Part shown: positions 8,066 through 18,683 of the stretch, piece after piece
Position numbering within the stretch: position 1 is the first letter of the stretch
How the letters are laid out: every line of letters starts with the position of its first letter
Source: Diplonema japonicum
Lineage: Eukaryota; Protista; Euglenozoa: Diplonemea
Direction: 5' to 3'
DNA: 64,000 bases
NCBI GenBank assembly: GCA_964019335.1
Contig: OZ025746.1
Span: 1-64,000, forward strand
Made by a program: the position numbers and the translations under genes
The notes under the pieces: generated by a model
The model's database searches: none
What the model saw: only the letters and a program-made list of their open reading frames with translations
Told to the model about the DNA's origin: nothing

Positions 8066-11000
8066 TTACAATGAAGGGATCAGGCTGCCGTACACCTTCT
8101 TCAGCTCAGAACGTAAGAAGCTCTCGATCTTCGCCTTGATAGCGCTGAAGGAAGGGTTCACGTTGAAACTGAAATTGATCTTCTGCTTCACGATCTCAAG
8201 GCTGGCACTGAAGCCCACCGCAGCAGATGAGCTTGACAACCCGGCTGTGAAAGACAAATAATTGATCTTGAGGACGTTGCTGAGTGCGCCACCCACAGCA
8301 CTGACAATGTCGCCGAAGGCGTCTGTCACCTTCGACACCGCATCCATCGTCTTCTGTGTAGCAGTGACGACACCCTTAGCAGTGTTAACGGCACCACGTG
8401 CCACATCGAGCGCCCCTTCAGTGGCTTTGATCAGAACTGTCAGGGCTCCTTCCGCAGTCGCCTTCGCTGCGGCAATGGCCGCGTACTCAGTCCAGCAAAC
8501 GGGGACTGCACCGCACGTCCAGAACTTCTTCTTGCATTTCTTCTCCTTGCTTTTGCAGCTGCTCTTCTTCCTGCTCAACGAACCCGACAGACTGCTCACC
8601 TTGTTCCTTGCGCCTTTCAGTTCACCAGTCACTTCGTCCTCCACATTCTGCAGCTCTTTGTTGGCGTTGTCCAAGTCCTTCTTTGCCGCGTCAAGGTCTT
8701 TCTTAGCAGCTGCGGTGGCCTTGTCTGCGGCGTCGCTGAGACTGTCAAGGAAAGCAGTGGCCTGTGCGATGATCGCGCTGATGAGGTCGCCCTCCATGGT
8801 TGCCGTGATCTGGTTGTGGAAGTTGGACTTGCCCGGAGTTCCCGTTGCCTCGATCTCCACCTGCACATTGAAGTTGCTGCCCAGGCTGAGCATGAAGTTC
8901 CCGTAGATCCCATCGTCGGCCATGTGCAGGTAGATGCTCACGTAGCTTCCGAGGATCCGCGCTCTGCCGTCAATTTCCAGGCTCTGCTTCTCCTTCGTCA
9001 GCTCCAAATCGAAGGAAGGACCAGCCCTCCCGTTGCTTGATGTGATCTGGATGGGGCCCCAGTTCATCTTGTCGAGGATCAAGGTTGCCTTGAGGCCAGT
9101 CGCCTTCACGCTGAACTGGGCGTAGGACACCTTGATGACGTTCCACAAGTTCAGGTCCACAATCTCCAAGTTGATACCGGCAGGGACGGTGGACGAGACC
9201 CCGGCCACAGTGACATCCACCGCGTTCACGGGGTCAGGGTTGAAGCTCCCATCGAAGCTCTTGATGGATGCAGTGGTCAGGGTGTTCCCCACCTTGCCGA
9301 GGCATGTGTTGCAGTTCGCGATGGAGGTCACGATCTTGTTGAGGTTGAAGTTGTTCACCTGTGCCCGGAAGGCTGTTTTCGTGAAGTCCTTCACATCCAC
9401 GCTGATGGTGATCTTCCCCGAGGTCCCAGCCACCTCTAGACCGCCGATGAGCTGGAAGCTGCTCGGGAGCAGGGCGGGGGAGATGGTCATCCCGATCGCA
9501 AGGGGGAACAGCACCTTCACATTGGAGATCCCGAACGGGTTCACCCAAGGCGTCGCGCTGTTCAGAGAAATCTCAACACCGAGCCCGCCAGCAGACAGAG
9601 AGATGAAGCCAATCGCCGTGAAGTCCTGAGCGTTGCTGCCGCTTCCCAGTGTGAAGTCGAGCTCGACGTTGAACCCCATCTCGGGGCCCCCAGTTGTGAT
9701 GCTGAAGGCGAGGGCGATAGTGCGCAGGGTCGCCTGGCCCCCGAGGGGGATGTTCCCAGCAAGCTGCACGAAGATGTTGAGCTCGGTGGTGGAGACGATG
9801 TCAGCAAACAACAGGAGCCCGCCAGAGGCGCCCGCAGCCTGGATCTGGCTCTTCATGTCACTGGGGGCCACACTAAGCACGTCTCCGATGACACCGCCGT
9901 CCAAGGGGAGGGACGCAGCAATGGAGAGACCTTTCCTCAGGGTGACATCCCCGACAGTCATCTTGTTCTTCGCCACGGAAAGCCTGATGTAGTCAGGACC
10001 CATGGAGGAGAGCACCGTCTTGATCGGACCGGGAAGCCCGTCGGCGTTCGCAAAGTTCTCTGCCGTGAAGGCCATCCCGTAGAGCCACGTCCCCTGCTTC
10101 TTGAATGAGACGAGGATAGAGAAATCGATCCCGAACACCTGTCCGTCGGCAGTGAGAGAGATGCTCTTCTCCGAGAAGGAAACCTCCAGTGCCACGTTGT
10201 TCAGGTTCAAGTTCTTCATGGAGCTGAGCATCCCACCAGCGTTCCCGATAGAGGAGGAAAACTGGCTGCCCCCAGAAAACTCGCTCGAGAAGCTGTCCGG
10301 GGACACGCTGCTGCCACTCTTCAATGCGCCCCTCAGCGTCACGTCGATGGGCCCACCGACCGTGAAGTCCAGGCTCAGGATGAAGCTCGACAGATAATTC
10401 CCGTTTACAGAGACTGTCTTCTTGCCGTCCTCTCCCTGAACAACACTCACGGTGACAGTGGGGAGGTTGATGACCTTCGAGTGGAAAGGGATGGCGAGCC
10501 CGTCAAAGGTCCCTGTGATGGCCCACGCTTTGCTCGGAGACCCGCAGGACTTGGAAAACGCAACCTGGGTCTCAATGGCAGGGATGTTGTCCAGATTCCT
10601 GAGAATGAGAGTCCCGGTCCCGGTGCAATCCGAGCTCACAGCAACGCTGATCTTCACGTTCGTGTCCTCGAAGGTGATGGTCCCTGTCACAGAAGAGGCA
10701 CTGCTCGAGCTGTCGAAGTCAAGGGAGAATTCCAAACCGGCAGAGGTCTGAGCCGTGACAGTCCCGGTCCAGGAGCGTCCAGCGAGGGGAGAAGAAGCGT
10801 CGCCCCCATTGCTGCTCGATGTAAGCGCGATGCTCACGCCCGACAGAGAGGTCGCACCGGGCCCGTTCCAGGCATCGATGGCGCCGTTGATGGTCATCAC
10901 ACCGGAGCAGCTCTCGTACGTCATGCCACCTGTGAAGACCAGGTCGTTCGCCCCGTCCAGCCTCAACGTCGCCTCCCTGATGGTACCGGTCACAGGCTCG

Positions 11001-13096
11001 CAACCCGACTTGTAGGTGAAGGCCACTGTACTACTGAAGATGAGATTGTCAGTGGAGAAGGAGGTCACCACGTCGACGGACTCGAAAGCGCCATCTGCGA
11101 ACACAACCTTTGCAGAGGAGCTGGCGCCGAACAGGTTGGCGGTGGCCTGGAGGGTTCCGCTCCAGGTGAGCGCCCGGGTGGCCGCGTTTGCGATTTTCGC
11201 GTGCAGCACGAACCCGACGGACGACAAAGTGAGCCCGTCCATGGTGAGGTCACCGTCGAGGGTGCCCTCGAATGTGAACCTCTCTTCATCCAAGGCGGCC
11301 GCACACTCGTCGAAAGACATCGCGGCGTCGAACACCTGCCCGGTGGTGAGCGTGAGCGTTCCGGACCCCGCGATCGGAGCGCAGCCTTGCTCCCTGTCCG
11401 GGGTGATCTCGATCGAGCCCTCGAAGGTGGCCCCGTTCCCGTTCACCGTCAGGTCTCCCACTAGGGAGGTGAGTGCGTTGTCCTCGAGTGTGGTGGTCAC
11501 AGTGATCTCTGTGTCGTCTATGGCTGCCGTCCCACTGATGCTACCTGACCACTTCACAGGCCCCCCCGCTACAGCTCCCTGCAAATCGATATGCACGTTC
11601 GTCAGCTCCACTCCGAACACAGTCCACGATGCAAGATCCCCTGTGATGGACCACAGCGGCAGGTGCGCGTTGTCCGCGTTGTAGTTGAAGACGTGCGACA
11701 CAGTGGCCGTGAATTCGGGAATTGCAGCGTTGCTGGGGGCAGCTGTGATGGCAGCGGTACCTGTCGCCACACCGTCAGCGACAGCAAGGTCCACACTCCC
11801 GGTCACGATGTCGTTCTCGATCGAACCAGCCACGCTGAAGGCAGTCACTCCGGTAGTACTGTCGAAAGAGACACTTGCGCTGACCGTCCCCTCCCCAACG
11901 GTGACAGTCCCCGAGGCATCGCCAGTCCAGACGGTGCCGGAAGACCCCTCCGAGGAGGTCAGGTGCACAAGCATGCTAGACACAGCAACCTGGGACACGG
12001 TGGCGCTGTCCACGCTGGCTGTCACGTCCCACAACGGGGTCGTGGTCCCAGAGACACAACCCAGCTGAGCGATCGCGCATGCTGCTGTGAAGTCGGCGTC
12101 AGGAATGGAGAGCGTCGCAGACCCGCTGTTCTCCGTGCTGCAGCTGTCGACGAAGGTCAAGGAGCCCTGCATGGAGAGCCCTCCGTAGGTCGCGTCAAAG
12201 TCTACCGAAACCGAGAGCAGCTCCGACCCGTCGAACTCTCCTGCAACAGTGGCCTCGCTTCCGAACATCTCTATCGTCGCCGACAACGAGCCCGCGAAGG
12301 TCACCCCCTCAGAATCGCGGCCGATAGATACTTCCGTCTCCAGCGAAGGGAGCTTCAAGCCGCGCAGGTCGTACTCCGTGTTGAGGGCAGCTCCCAGAAC
12401 AAGGACGGGCTTAGTGGACGATGAGTCCATGAGGGCGCAGGGGTCGAAAGACACACCTGTCACCTCAAGTCCAGCGTCCACGCCCGGCACGGAGAGCTCT
12501 GGAAGGCCGACGAGCGGGGTCAGAGGGCACGATGATGACACGAGGCTTCCATCGAAGAAGGGAGCGCCGGGGAGGTCGAGGCTTACCCTGGAAGGGAGGG
12601 CCAGCTCCATCTCCGTGTCCTCGATGTCGATGTGCATCAGGGTCTTCACTGCCGTCTCGCTCTGCAGCAACTCGAAGCTCGCTTCAAGGATTCCTATAGT
12701 GGCAATGGTACCTTCGATGCTTCCGTCCCATGTCAGGGCGCCGCTGTCCATGCGGATGGTGAGGCTCGCCGCAGCCGTCAGATCGATGAGGTTCGTGTTC
12801 AGAAGGTTGGCGTACCCGTGGAACTCAACCGCTAATACCTGCGTCTCGCACGTCAGCACTGATGCACTGCTCAGCATGGTGGCGAAGGCCGTCCCCGAGT
12901 ACTTCACTGTCCCCGGCAGGCTGTGCGTCCCGCTACTCACGGTATAGTTGCTCTCCGTGTTGCAGCTGCTCAGAACAGTCTCCAGTTCTGAGTCCAGCGC
13001 TACGCAGAGTTCGAGGTTTCCGTTAGTCCCACAGACGTCCATGCCTGCAGCTGCAACAGCCAGGCTGCAAAGCAGCACTGCCATTTTTGTGTTCAT
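8066..13096 (-). CDS. 1676-aa secreted, beta-strand-rich protein with C-terminal Cys-knotted coiled-coil hairpin; function unknown
   Basis: Uninterrupted 5-kb GC-rich ORF; N-terminal signal peptide MNTKMAVLLCSLAVAAAG; ~1450 aa of alternating G/S/T/V/L/F strands; Ala/Lys heptads around CKSKEKKCKKKFWTCGAVPVCW. Confidence 0.92.
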   Translation of the reverse strand: MNTKMAVLLCSLAVAAAGMDVCGTNGNLELCVALDSELETVLSSCNTESNYTVSSGTHSLPGTVKYSGTAFATMLSSASVLTCETQVLAVEFHGYANLLNTNLIDLTAAASLTIRMDSGALTWDGSIEGTIATIGILEASFELLQSETAVKTLMHIDIEDTEMELALPSRVSLDLPGAPFFDGSLVSSSCPLTPLVGLPELSVPGVDAGLEVTGVSFDPCALMDSSSTKPVLVLGAALNTEYDLRGLKLPSLETEVSIGRDSEGVTFAGSLSATIEMFGSEATVAGEFDGSELLSVSVDFDATYGGLSMQGSLTFVDSCSTENSGSATLSIPDADFTAACAIAQLGCVSGTTTPLWDVTASVDSATVSQVAVSSMLVHLTSSEGSSGTVWTGDASGTVTVGEGTVSASVSFDSTTGVTAFSVAGSIENDIVTGSVDLAVADGVATGTAAITAAPSNAAIPEFTATVSHVFNYNADNAHLPLWSITGDLASWTVFGVELTNVHIDLQGAVAGGPVKWSGSISGTAAIDDTEITVTTTLEDNALTSLVGDLTVNGNGATFEGSIEITPDREQGCAPIAGSGTLTLTTGQVFDAAMSFDECAAALDEERFTFEGTLDGDLTMDGLTLSSVGFVLHAKIANAATRALTWSGTLQATANLFGASSSAKVVFADGAFESVDVVTSFSTDNLIFSSTVAFTYKSGCEPVTGTIREATLRLDGANDLVFTGGMTYESCSGVMTINGAIDAWNGPGATSLSGVSIALTSSSNGGDASSPLAGRSWTGTVTAQTSAGLEFSLDFDSSSSASSVTGTITFEDTNVKISVAVSSDCTGTGTLILRNLDNIPAIETQVAFSKSCGSPSKAWAITGTFDGLAIPFHSKVINLPTVTVSVVQGEDGKKTVSVNGNYLSSFILSLDFTVGGPIDVTLRGALKSGSSVSPDSFSSEFSGGSQFSSSIGNAGGMLSSMKNLNLNNVALEVSFSEKSISLTADGQVFGIDFSILVSFKKQGTWLYGMAFTAENFANADGLPGPIKTVLSSMGPDYIRLSVAKNKMTVGDVTLRKGLSIAASLPLDGGVIGDVLSVAPSDMKSQIQAAGASGGLLLFADIVSTTELNIFVQLAGNIPLGGQATLRTIALAFSITTGGPEMGFNVELDFTLGSGSNAQDFTAIGFISLSAGGLGVEISLNSATPWVNPFGISNVKVLFPLAIGMTISPALLPSSFQLIGGLEVAGTSGKITISVDVKDFTKTAFRAQVNNFNLNKIVTSIANCNTCLGKVGNTLTTASIKSFDGSFNPDPVNAVDVTVAGVSSTVPAGINLEIVDLNLWNVIKVSYAQFSVKATGLKATLILDKMNWGPIQITSSNGRAGPSFDLELTKEKQSLEIDGRARILGSYVSIYLHMADDGIYGNFMLSLGSNFNVQVEIEATGTPGKSNFHNQITATMEGDLISAIIAQATAFLDSLSDAADKATAAAKKDLDAAKKDLDNANKELQNVEDEVTGELKGARNKVSSLSGSLSRKKSSCKSKEKKCKKKFWTCGAVPVCWTEYAAIAAAKATAEGALTVLIKATEGALDVARGAVNTAKGVVTATQKTMDAVSKVTDAFGDIVSAVGGALSNVLKINYLSFTAGLSSSSAAVGFSASLEIVKQKINFSFNVNPSFSAIKAKIESFLRSELKKVYGSLIPSL

Positions 13097-13216
13097 GTGT
13101 TGAAAATAAGTATCCTGTGGGAAGGTTTTTTAAGAAAAGCGGACAGACTTACGAAGAGAGCTACCGAGACATTATTTGAAGTCCTGCTCGCTCAAAGAGT
13201 AAGTTGAATCATGAGG

Positions 13217-13248
<32 letters not shown>

Positions 13249-14346
13249 CCCGTTGCAGAAAAAGAGAATAAAAAAATAGAAACAAGTAGACGAGGGTGGT
13301 GTGTGGGGGGAAGGGAACAGTATGAACAAGGATAGCAGCAATGATGCCTGTGCGACGAGGGTGGGTGACAGGCAAGCAGAAACTGCACCTTTTTACTTTT
13401 TTTTTTAAAGCCCTCTTTGCCGAGATTCGCTTCCTTCATATTTAGCGACATAACAATCAAAAATCAAAAAACAAAAAGAAGGGGAATTCACTCTGATGGG
13501 GGGGGGGGGGGGGGGGGGGGGGGGGTGCTTGCAACGACCCACCAAAGAAAAAAAGAAAAGAAGATAAGAAGGTCCAGCTTCTATTATTTCATCATCTTTT
13601 CGTTTCTTCTACTTTTTTCTCTTTTTTTTAATTTGTTTTGTAGATCAAAAAAAAAGAGATAAAATGAAGAAAGGGGTGGATCAGGAGGAAACACACTTAG
13701 GGAAAAAAAGGGGGGAGAAAAGGAAATCTGTCTTTTTCTTTTTTTTGGGGGGGGGGAGACCATGGCACCTTTGCAAAAAGGGCCCGATAGAAGAGAAGAA
13801 AAAAAAAAAAAAGAGAAATTCGGTATTTTAACGTCAAGATGACACATCGACACATTGGAGTGAGCCTCTAACCTGTGTGGCGCCACCTCTCAGGCTGGTT
13901 ACACACCTAGACCCGGCCAAAGGTCTTGCTGCCCCTTGGAGAATAAAAAAAATAAAATAAAAAAGACAAAACACCACCCACCTTCAAGATCAAGCACATA
14001 CCCACTTACCCCCATCACACCTCCTGTAGGGTGGAGGCACGTGACGCGTAGAAGGCTTGGGGGCTTTTTGTTTTTTTTATTTTATTTCTTCTAAAAAAAA
14101 AAAAAATAAGGGGGGGAAAGGGTAATCGAAGGTGCGGTGTGGAAATGTTCCCCCCCTTTTTTTTCTGTATTTATTTTTCTACTTTTTTCCCTTAAATACA
14201 GGGGAGGAAAGAAATAATGGCCTCTCATTTCAAGCGAAGAAAGAGAAGGCGAGGAGGGGAAGAGGGGGGGTGCCCGTTTTTCCCCCAGTCTTGTATCCAT
14301 CTATTTTAGAAACTTTCTTTAGACTGGGCGGGGGAAGGGGAGGGGG

Positions 14347-14387
14347 GCAAAAGGAAAAGGAAAAGGAAAAGGAAAAGGAAAAGGAAA
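14347..14387 (+). repeat. (GGAAAA)n microsatellite
   Basis: About six tandem units visible. Confidence 0.85.
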
Positions 14388-15595
14388 GAAGAAGAAAAAG
14401 AGAAAAAAAACATTGATCACGGCAAAGGCCTTTAAGAAGAAAAAAAAAAAGAAAGGGCCTTCAGAAATTCAAAAAAAAAAGGATAAAGTCGGTTATAATT
14501 GTTGTTTGTGTCCACAGCCGGGGGTTAACCTGTAGTTTATTACCATTCTTTTCTTTTTTTTTTTTTTTTTTTTTTTTTTTTGAGAAAAGTTTTGTGTGTG
14601 TGTATGTGTGTACAGCTGAGGAGGCTTCAGAGAACCTGCTTTTTAGAAGGCATTTCACTTTGCACACTGCTAAAAAAAACAGCATCGGTATTTAGAAGGG
14701 AAAAAAAAAGATTATTTTTTAAAAGAAGAGGAACTTGGAAGAAAAGAAAAAAATCTCGGATTCGAGACAAGAGAAAAAAAAAAAGAAACTTGAAAGAAAA
14801 AGAAAAAAGAAAAAAAAAGAAAAACAACAACGTTTCATTTATCCGTCTTTTTTTCCCTTTCTTTTTTTTTCCCCCCTTTTTTTTTTCTCCTTTTTTTTTG
14901 AGTAGAAACACAAAGACAAGGGTACGAAATTCTTATTTTTTTTTTCTTTTCACTTGATGTGATGAAAAAAAAAAAGTGAAAAAAAAAAGAAATAAAACAA
15001 GGCACCCTGGACAGGTACCCTCCTTGCCTTTTTTTTTTTTTAAAAAATTTTAAAAAAAAAATCTTTTTTTTCTTCTTTTCAAATCCAGTTAGCCTGGCGA
15101 TATTACCAGGCACAAAGGGAGGGGGAGGGAGAAACATAGATATATATATATTATATAAAAAAAAGAATCACTATGATAGGAAACGAACGGCCCACCAATA
15201 AAAAAAAAAAAGAAAGTCCCCACCCGGGGCTTCAGTACTGATCGCCATAGGATCACCTTGCTTGGTTTTTTTTTTCTTCTTTTTTCTTCTTTTTTAAGAA
15301 CGTTCTTGGCTCATCTCTTTCTCACGCATATTTTCATTTCTTTCTTCTTCTTTTTTTTTTTTTTTTTTTCCCTTGTTTCTTTCTTTCTTTCTCAGGGAAA
15401 AGAGGTTGCAGATGGCTGAGCGCTCTGTATCCCGAAAGGAGAAAGAAAAAAAAAAAAAAAAGAACGAAAACACACTTCTTATTTATTTTTTATTCTCTCT
15501 TTTTTTTTTTTTGTTGTTTGCAACCGAAAGGAACCAAAAGGAATAAGGGAGCACATGGATTAGGGATTTATGTAACATAACATAAGGTGTCAAGA

Positions 15596-15631
<36 letters not shown>

Positions 15632-16476
15632 CTCTTTTAAATCAGCTGCTGACAATTGGGACATTATCTCAGATAACGAGACTTGAAAGAACGTGGGACA
15701 GTGTACTCAAAATATATATTGCATCCTTAGTTTAAAAAAAAAAAAAAAAAGCAAAACACTAGGAATGCGCGACTCGGAAGGATTCACCTCTTTAGGGGGG
15801 GGGGGTGGGGGTGGGGACCTTTCATTCTCTGATAAAGATACCCTTTCTGATCGCAAAGAGCTTGTGGCATTCTCTTGTTCTTAAAATTATTATTTTTTTT
15901 TTTTATATACCGAACCCAATTCACTAGATATCCATCTGCAACTATTACAAAAAATAAAAAGGAAAAGAAAAAGGATGAAGAAAGGAGGCCTTCCTCATTT
16001 GATTCAAAAGGCTTCCTCCGTTTTATTTCATTTTTTTTTTTAAATTCTTCTTCCTATTTTGTGTTTCTCCTTTATTCAGGGCGGCTCCGTAGTACAGCCT
16101 GCCAAGACTTTTTTTCTTTTTTTTTTTTTCGTTCTTTCATTGCATCATCAAAAAAAATATGGAAAAAAAAAGGCCTTTTTTTTTTTTACGAACAAAAAAA
16201 GAAGCAGCGGAGAGGAGAGAGGGAAAATTGAAATTCGAATTCAATAAGGGGGGGGGGGGGGAGAAAACCCCACACACGGTAAGTTAAGTTACCGTATAAA
16301 AAGATTTTCCGTTCCCCCCTCCTCTCTGCGCTCCTTGGGGAAGGGGGATATATATATATTTTTTTTTCTTTTTACACCAACAAAAAAAAACAACAAATAT
16401 AATTTTTTGTTTACAAAAAAAAAAGGGGGGGAGGGAAAAAAAAAGAAAAAAGAAAAACCAGATTTTAATCTATTTA

Positions 16477-16516
<40 letters not shown>

Positions 16517-16561
16517 CAACAAAAAATTTACAAAAAAAAAAAAAAAAAAAAAAAAAGAAAA

Positions 16562-17326
16562 TCAACCTTCCGTCTCCACAGCACACAACCAAGGATGCTG
16601 AAGGATGTCACGTAGCGAAGGGCGATTACGGGGGTTTGGCTGGAGGATGTAGCGAACCAATTCTGAATCAGAGGCGCGAACGTTGGCGGGGGTGGCAGGG
16701 GTGGCCGTCAGAGCCACGTGAAGTGTGGCACCAAGAGACCAGATGTCCGCTTTGAAAGGGCAGAACTTTGGCCGGGTCATCAGAACCTCAGGTGCAGCGT
16801 AAGACGGAGAGCCACTAGGGTGGGTAGCCTCACATGACGAGACAGCAAACCCATAATCGGCAAGCTTCACAACTCCTTCTTGAAACGAGACCAAAATATT
16901 CTCAGGCTTCACATCACCGTGTGCGACACCCTTGTTGTGCAAATGTAAAAGCGCTTTAAGAACACCTTTAAAAACCCATCGAGCTTCATAGTCAGGGAGC
17001 CCTCTCTTTTCTACAATGGCTTCAAATAAATCACAACCTTCCACCAATTCCAAAACTGTGTACAGGTACTTGCTGCTCTCCATAACATCGAGCAGTTTGA
17101 TAACATGGGAGCCGACGTCTTTCCCCAGCTCTTCCAAGACCTTCACCTCTTCTCTGGCAGGGCCTTCTCCTTCCCCCCCCAGCTTGGTGATCTTCACCGC
17201 TACCCTTTCCCCTTCCTCGTTCCACCCTTCCTTTACCTTGCTGTACCCACCTGTGCCGACTGTTCTTCCTAGATAGTATGGACCCACCTTGACAGGCTTC
17301 GCTGACTCCGAGTAAGGAGGTGCCAT
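16562..17326 (-). CDS. Compact CAMK-group-like Ser/Thr protein kinase (non-RD)
   Basis: GTGGYS Gly loop, VAVK, alphaC Glu, HGDVKPEN, DYG, YAAPE, ADIWSLG and RPS...ILQHPW. Confidence 0.95.
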   Translation of the reverse strand: MAPPYSESAKPVKVGPYYLGRTVGTGGYSKVKEGWNEEGERVAVKITKLGGEGEGPAREEVKVLEELGKDVGSHVIKLLDVMESSKYLYTVLELVEGCDLFEAIVEKRGLPDYEARWVFKGVLKALLHLHNKGVAHGDVKPENILVSFQEGVVKLADYGFAVSSCEATHPSGSPSYAAPEVLMTRPKFCPFKADIWSLGATLHVALTATPATPANVRASDSELVRYILQPNPRNRPSLRDILQHPWLCAVETEG

Positions 17327-17875
17327 TTTTTTTTTTTTAATTGTTACGGGTGTTCCAACACCTGTGGGGTGTGGGGGTTTTCAAGGAAACTTGCGAAAAA
17401 AGGACAAAACAAGGAAAAAACTGCCTCGCCCTAAAAACCCTACCCCCCCCCCCCCCCCCCATCCCCCTTTTTTTTTGAAAAGAAGAAGAAAAAAAAAACT
17501 AGAAAGGGGGAGAAGATTTTTTTTTTCTTTTTTGCTTTTTGGTGCGCACTAGCGGGACTTTATAGCTGCGACAAAAAATAAAAAAAAAGGGAAAAAATCT
17601 GTATAAAATCAACTAACCGCGCCTTCGCCAACGAAAAGCTCTTGTTAATACAAAGAAGAGAGGGAAACAGGTGTGAGAAGAAAAAAAAATGTTCGCGCAG
17701 AAGGGCTAAGGCGCGACACTACATTACATTGTAAAATATAAAAGAAGAGGGGGTGGGTTCACCCAGGGGGGGAAGGATGTACGCTAGTTGACGCAAGTCA
17801 CTTGATGTCCTGCCAGCCAGTCTGCACAAAGAAATCATTTCTTTCTTTTTTTCCATCCCCCTCCCCAGTGAACTG

Positions 17876-18630
17876 AAATAATTACTATTTTTAATTTATG
17901 AAAATAAAGTGAACTTTATTTCCCGCGGCTGATAATCTGTCTCGAGGGGGTGATTTTCCCTCGCTTCGCTCGTGAAAATCAGATTCCGAAAGACAGATTA
18001 GCCAAGGGAAAAAGTAAAGTCCACTTAATTCATGAATACGTAATTTTATTTATTTTCTGGTTCCCGATGGCACTCCCAAACCCCCCCAAAGCCAGGGGGT
18101 TGCTTGCACTGCTCGTCCACGCGTGGCAGTCAACCTGGGCCAGTCTTGCAATTTTGTGCTTATGCTTCATGGAATGGTTCAGGCGGCTATAAAGGGACCA
18201 GAGGCTCGACGGCTTAGCACTGGGCTTTCTGGTGCGGATGCGGCTGAACTCGATGAACTCCGTGAGGAACCTGAGTGCACCAGCGACGCATGGCCCCTGT
18301 TCTCGTCCACCCAAACAGCTCCCTACTTAGAGGGCTGCGAGCGATGTTCTTACCGCAGATGCCATCCATGACTGAAAGGCAAACCCGACTGCCAACACCA
18401 GGATGCAACAGCAGAATGGTGACATCCCTGTCCACGGTGGGCACCAACCATGGCACAAATACCGCAAAAATTTGTTGATTTTCTGGCCTCTTTTCTCTGA
18501 AGCCCCATTTTCACAAATCTGCAGAAAACATAAGGGAAAAAATAAAGTACTTTATTTTCCCTAGGGAAATATGGAAAACTTTATTTCTTTAGAGGGAATC
18601 CAGAAAATAAATAAAAAAATAAAATAAAAA
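17876..18630 (-). mobile_element. Probable Crypton-like (tyrosine-recombinase transposon) deletion relic
   Basis: Repeated AAATAAAGT/ACTTTATTT palindromes (17902-17921, 18540-18557); GATTTTC-CCTCGCTTCGCTCGT-GAAAATC hairpin (17952-17980); inverted repeat 18044-18065/18594-18616; internal peptide KPSSLWSLYSRLNHSMKHKHK resembling the N-terminal region of eukaryotic tyrosine recombinases. Confidence 0.42.
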
Positions 18631-18683
18631 AGCCCGACTCACACCTGAGTGGGCTCTACAAGTGTTGATAGCCTCATCATGGT

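Noticed and set aside
13172-16560. Many short Lys/Phe-rich ORFs
   Set aside because: Translations of poly-A/poly-T intergenic tracts.
18541-18556. GTACTTTATT match to the SL 3' end
   Set aside because: Only 10 nt and part of a local AT-rich palindrome; probably chance.
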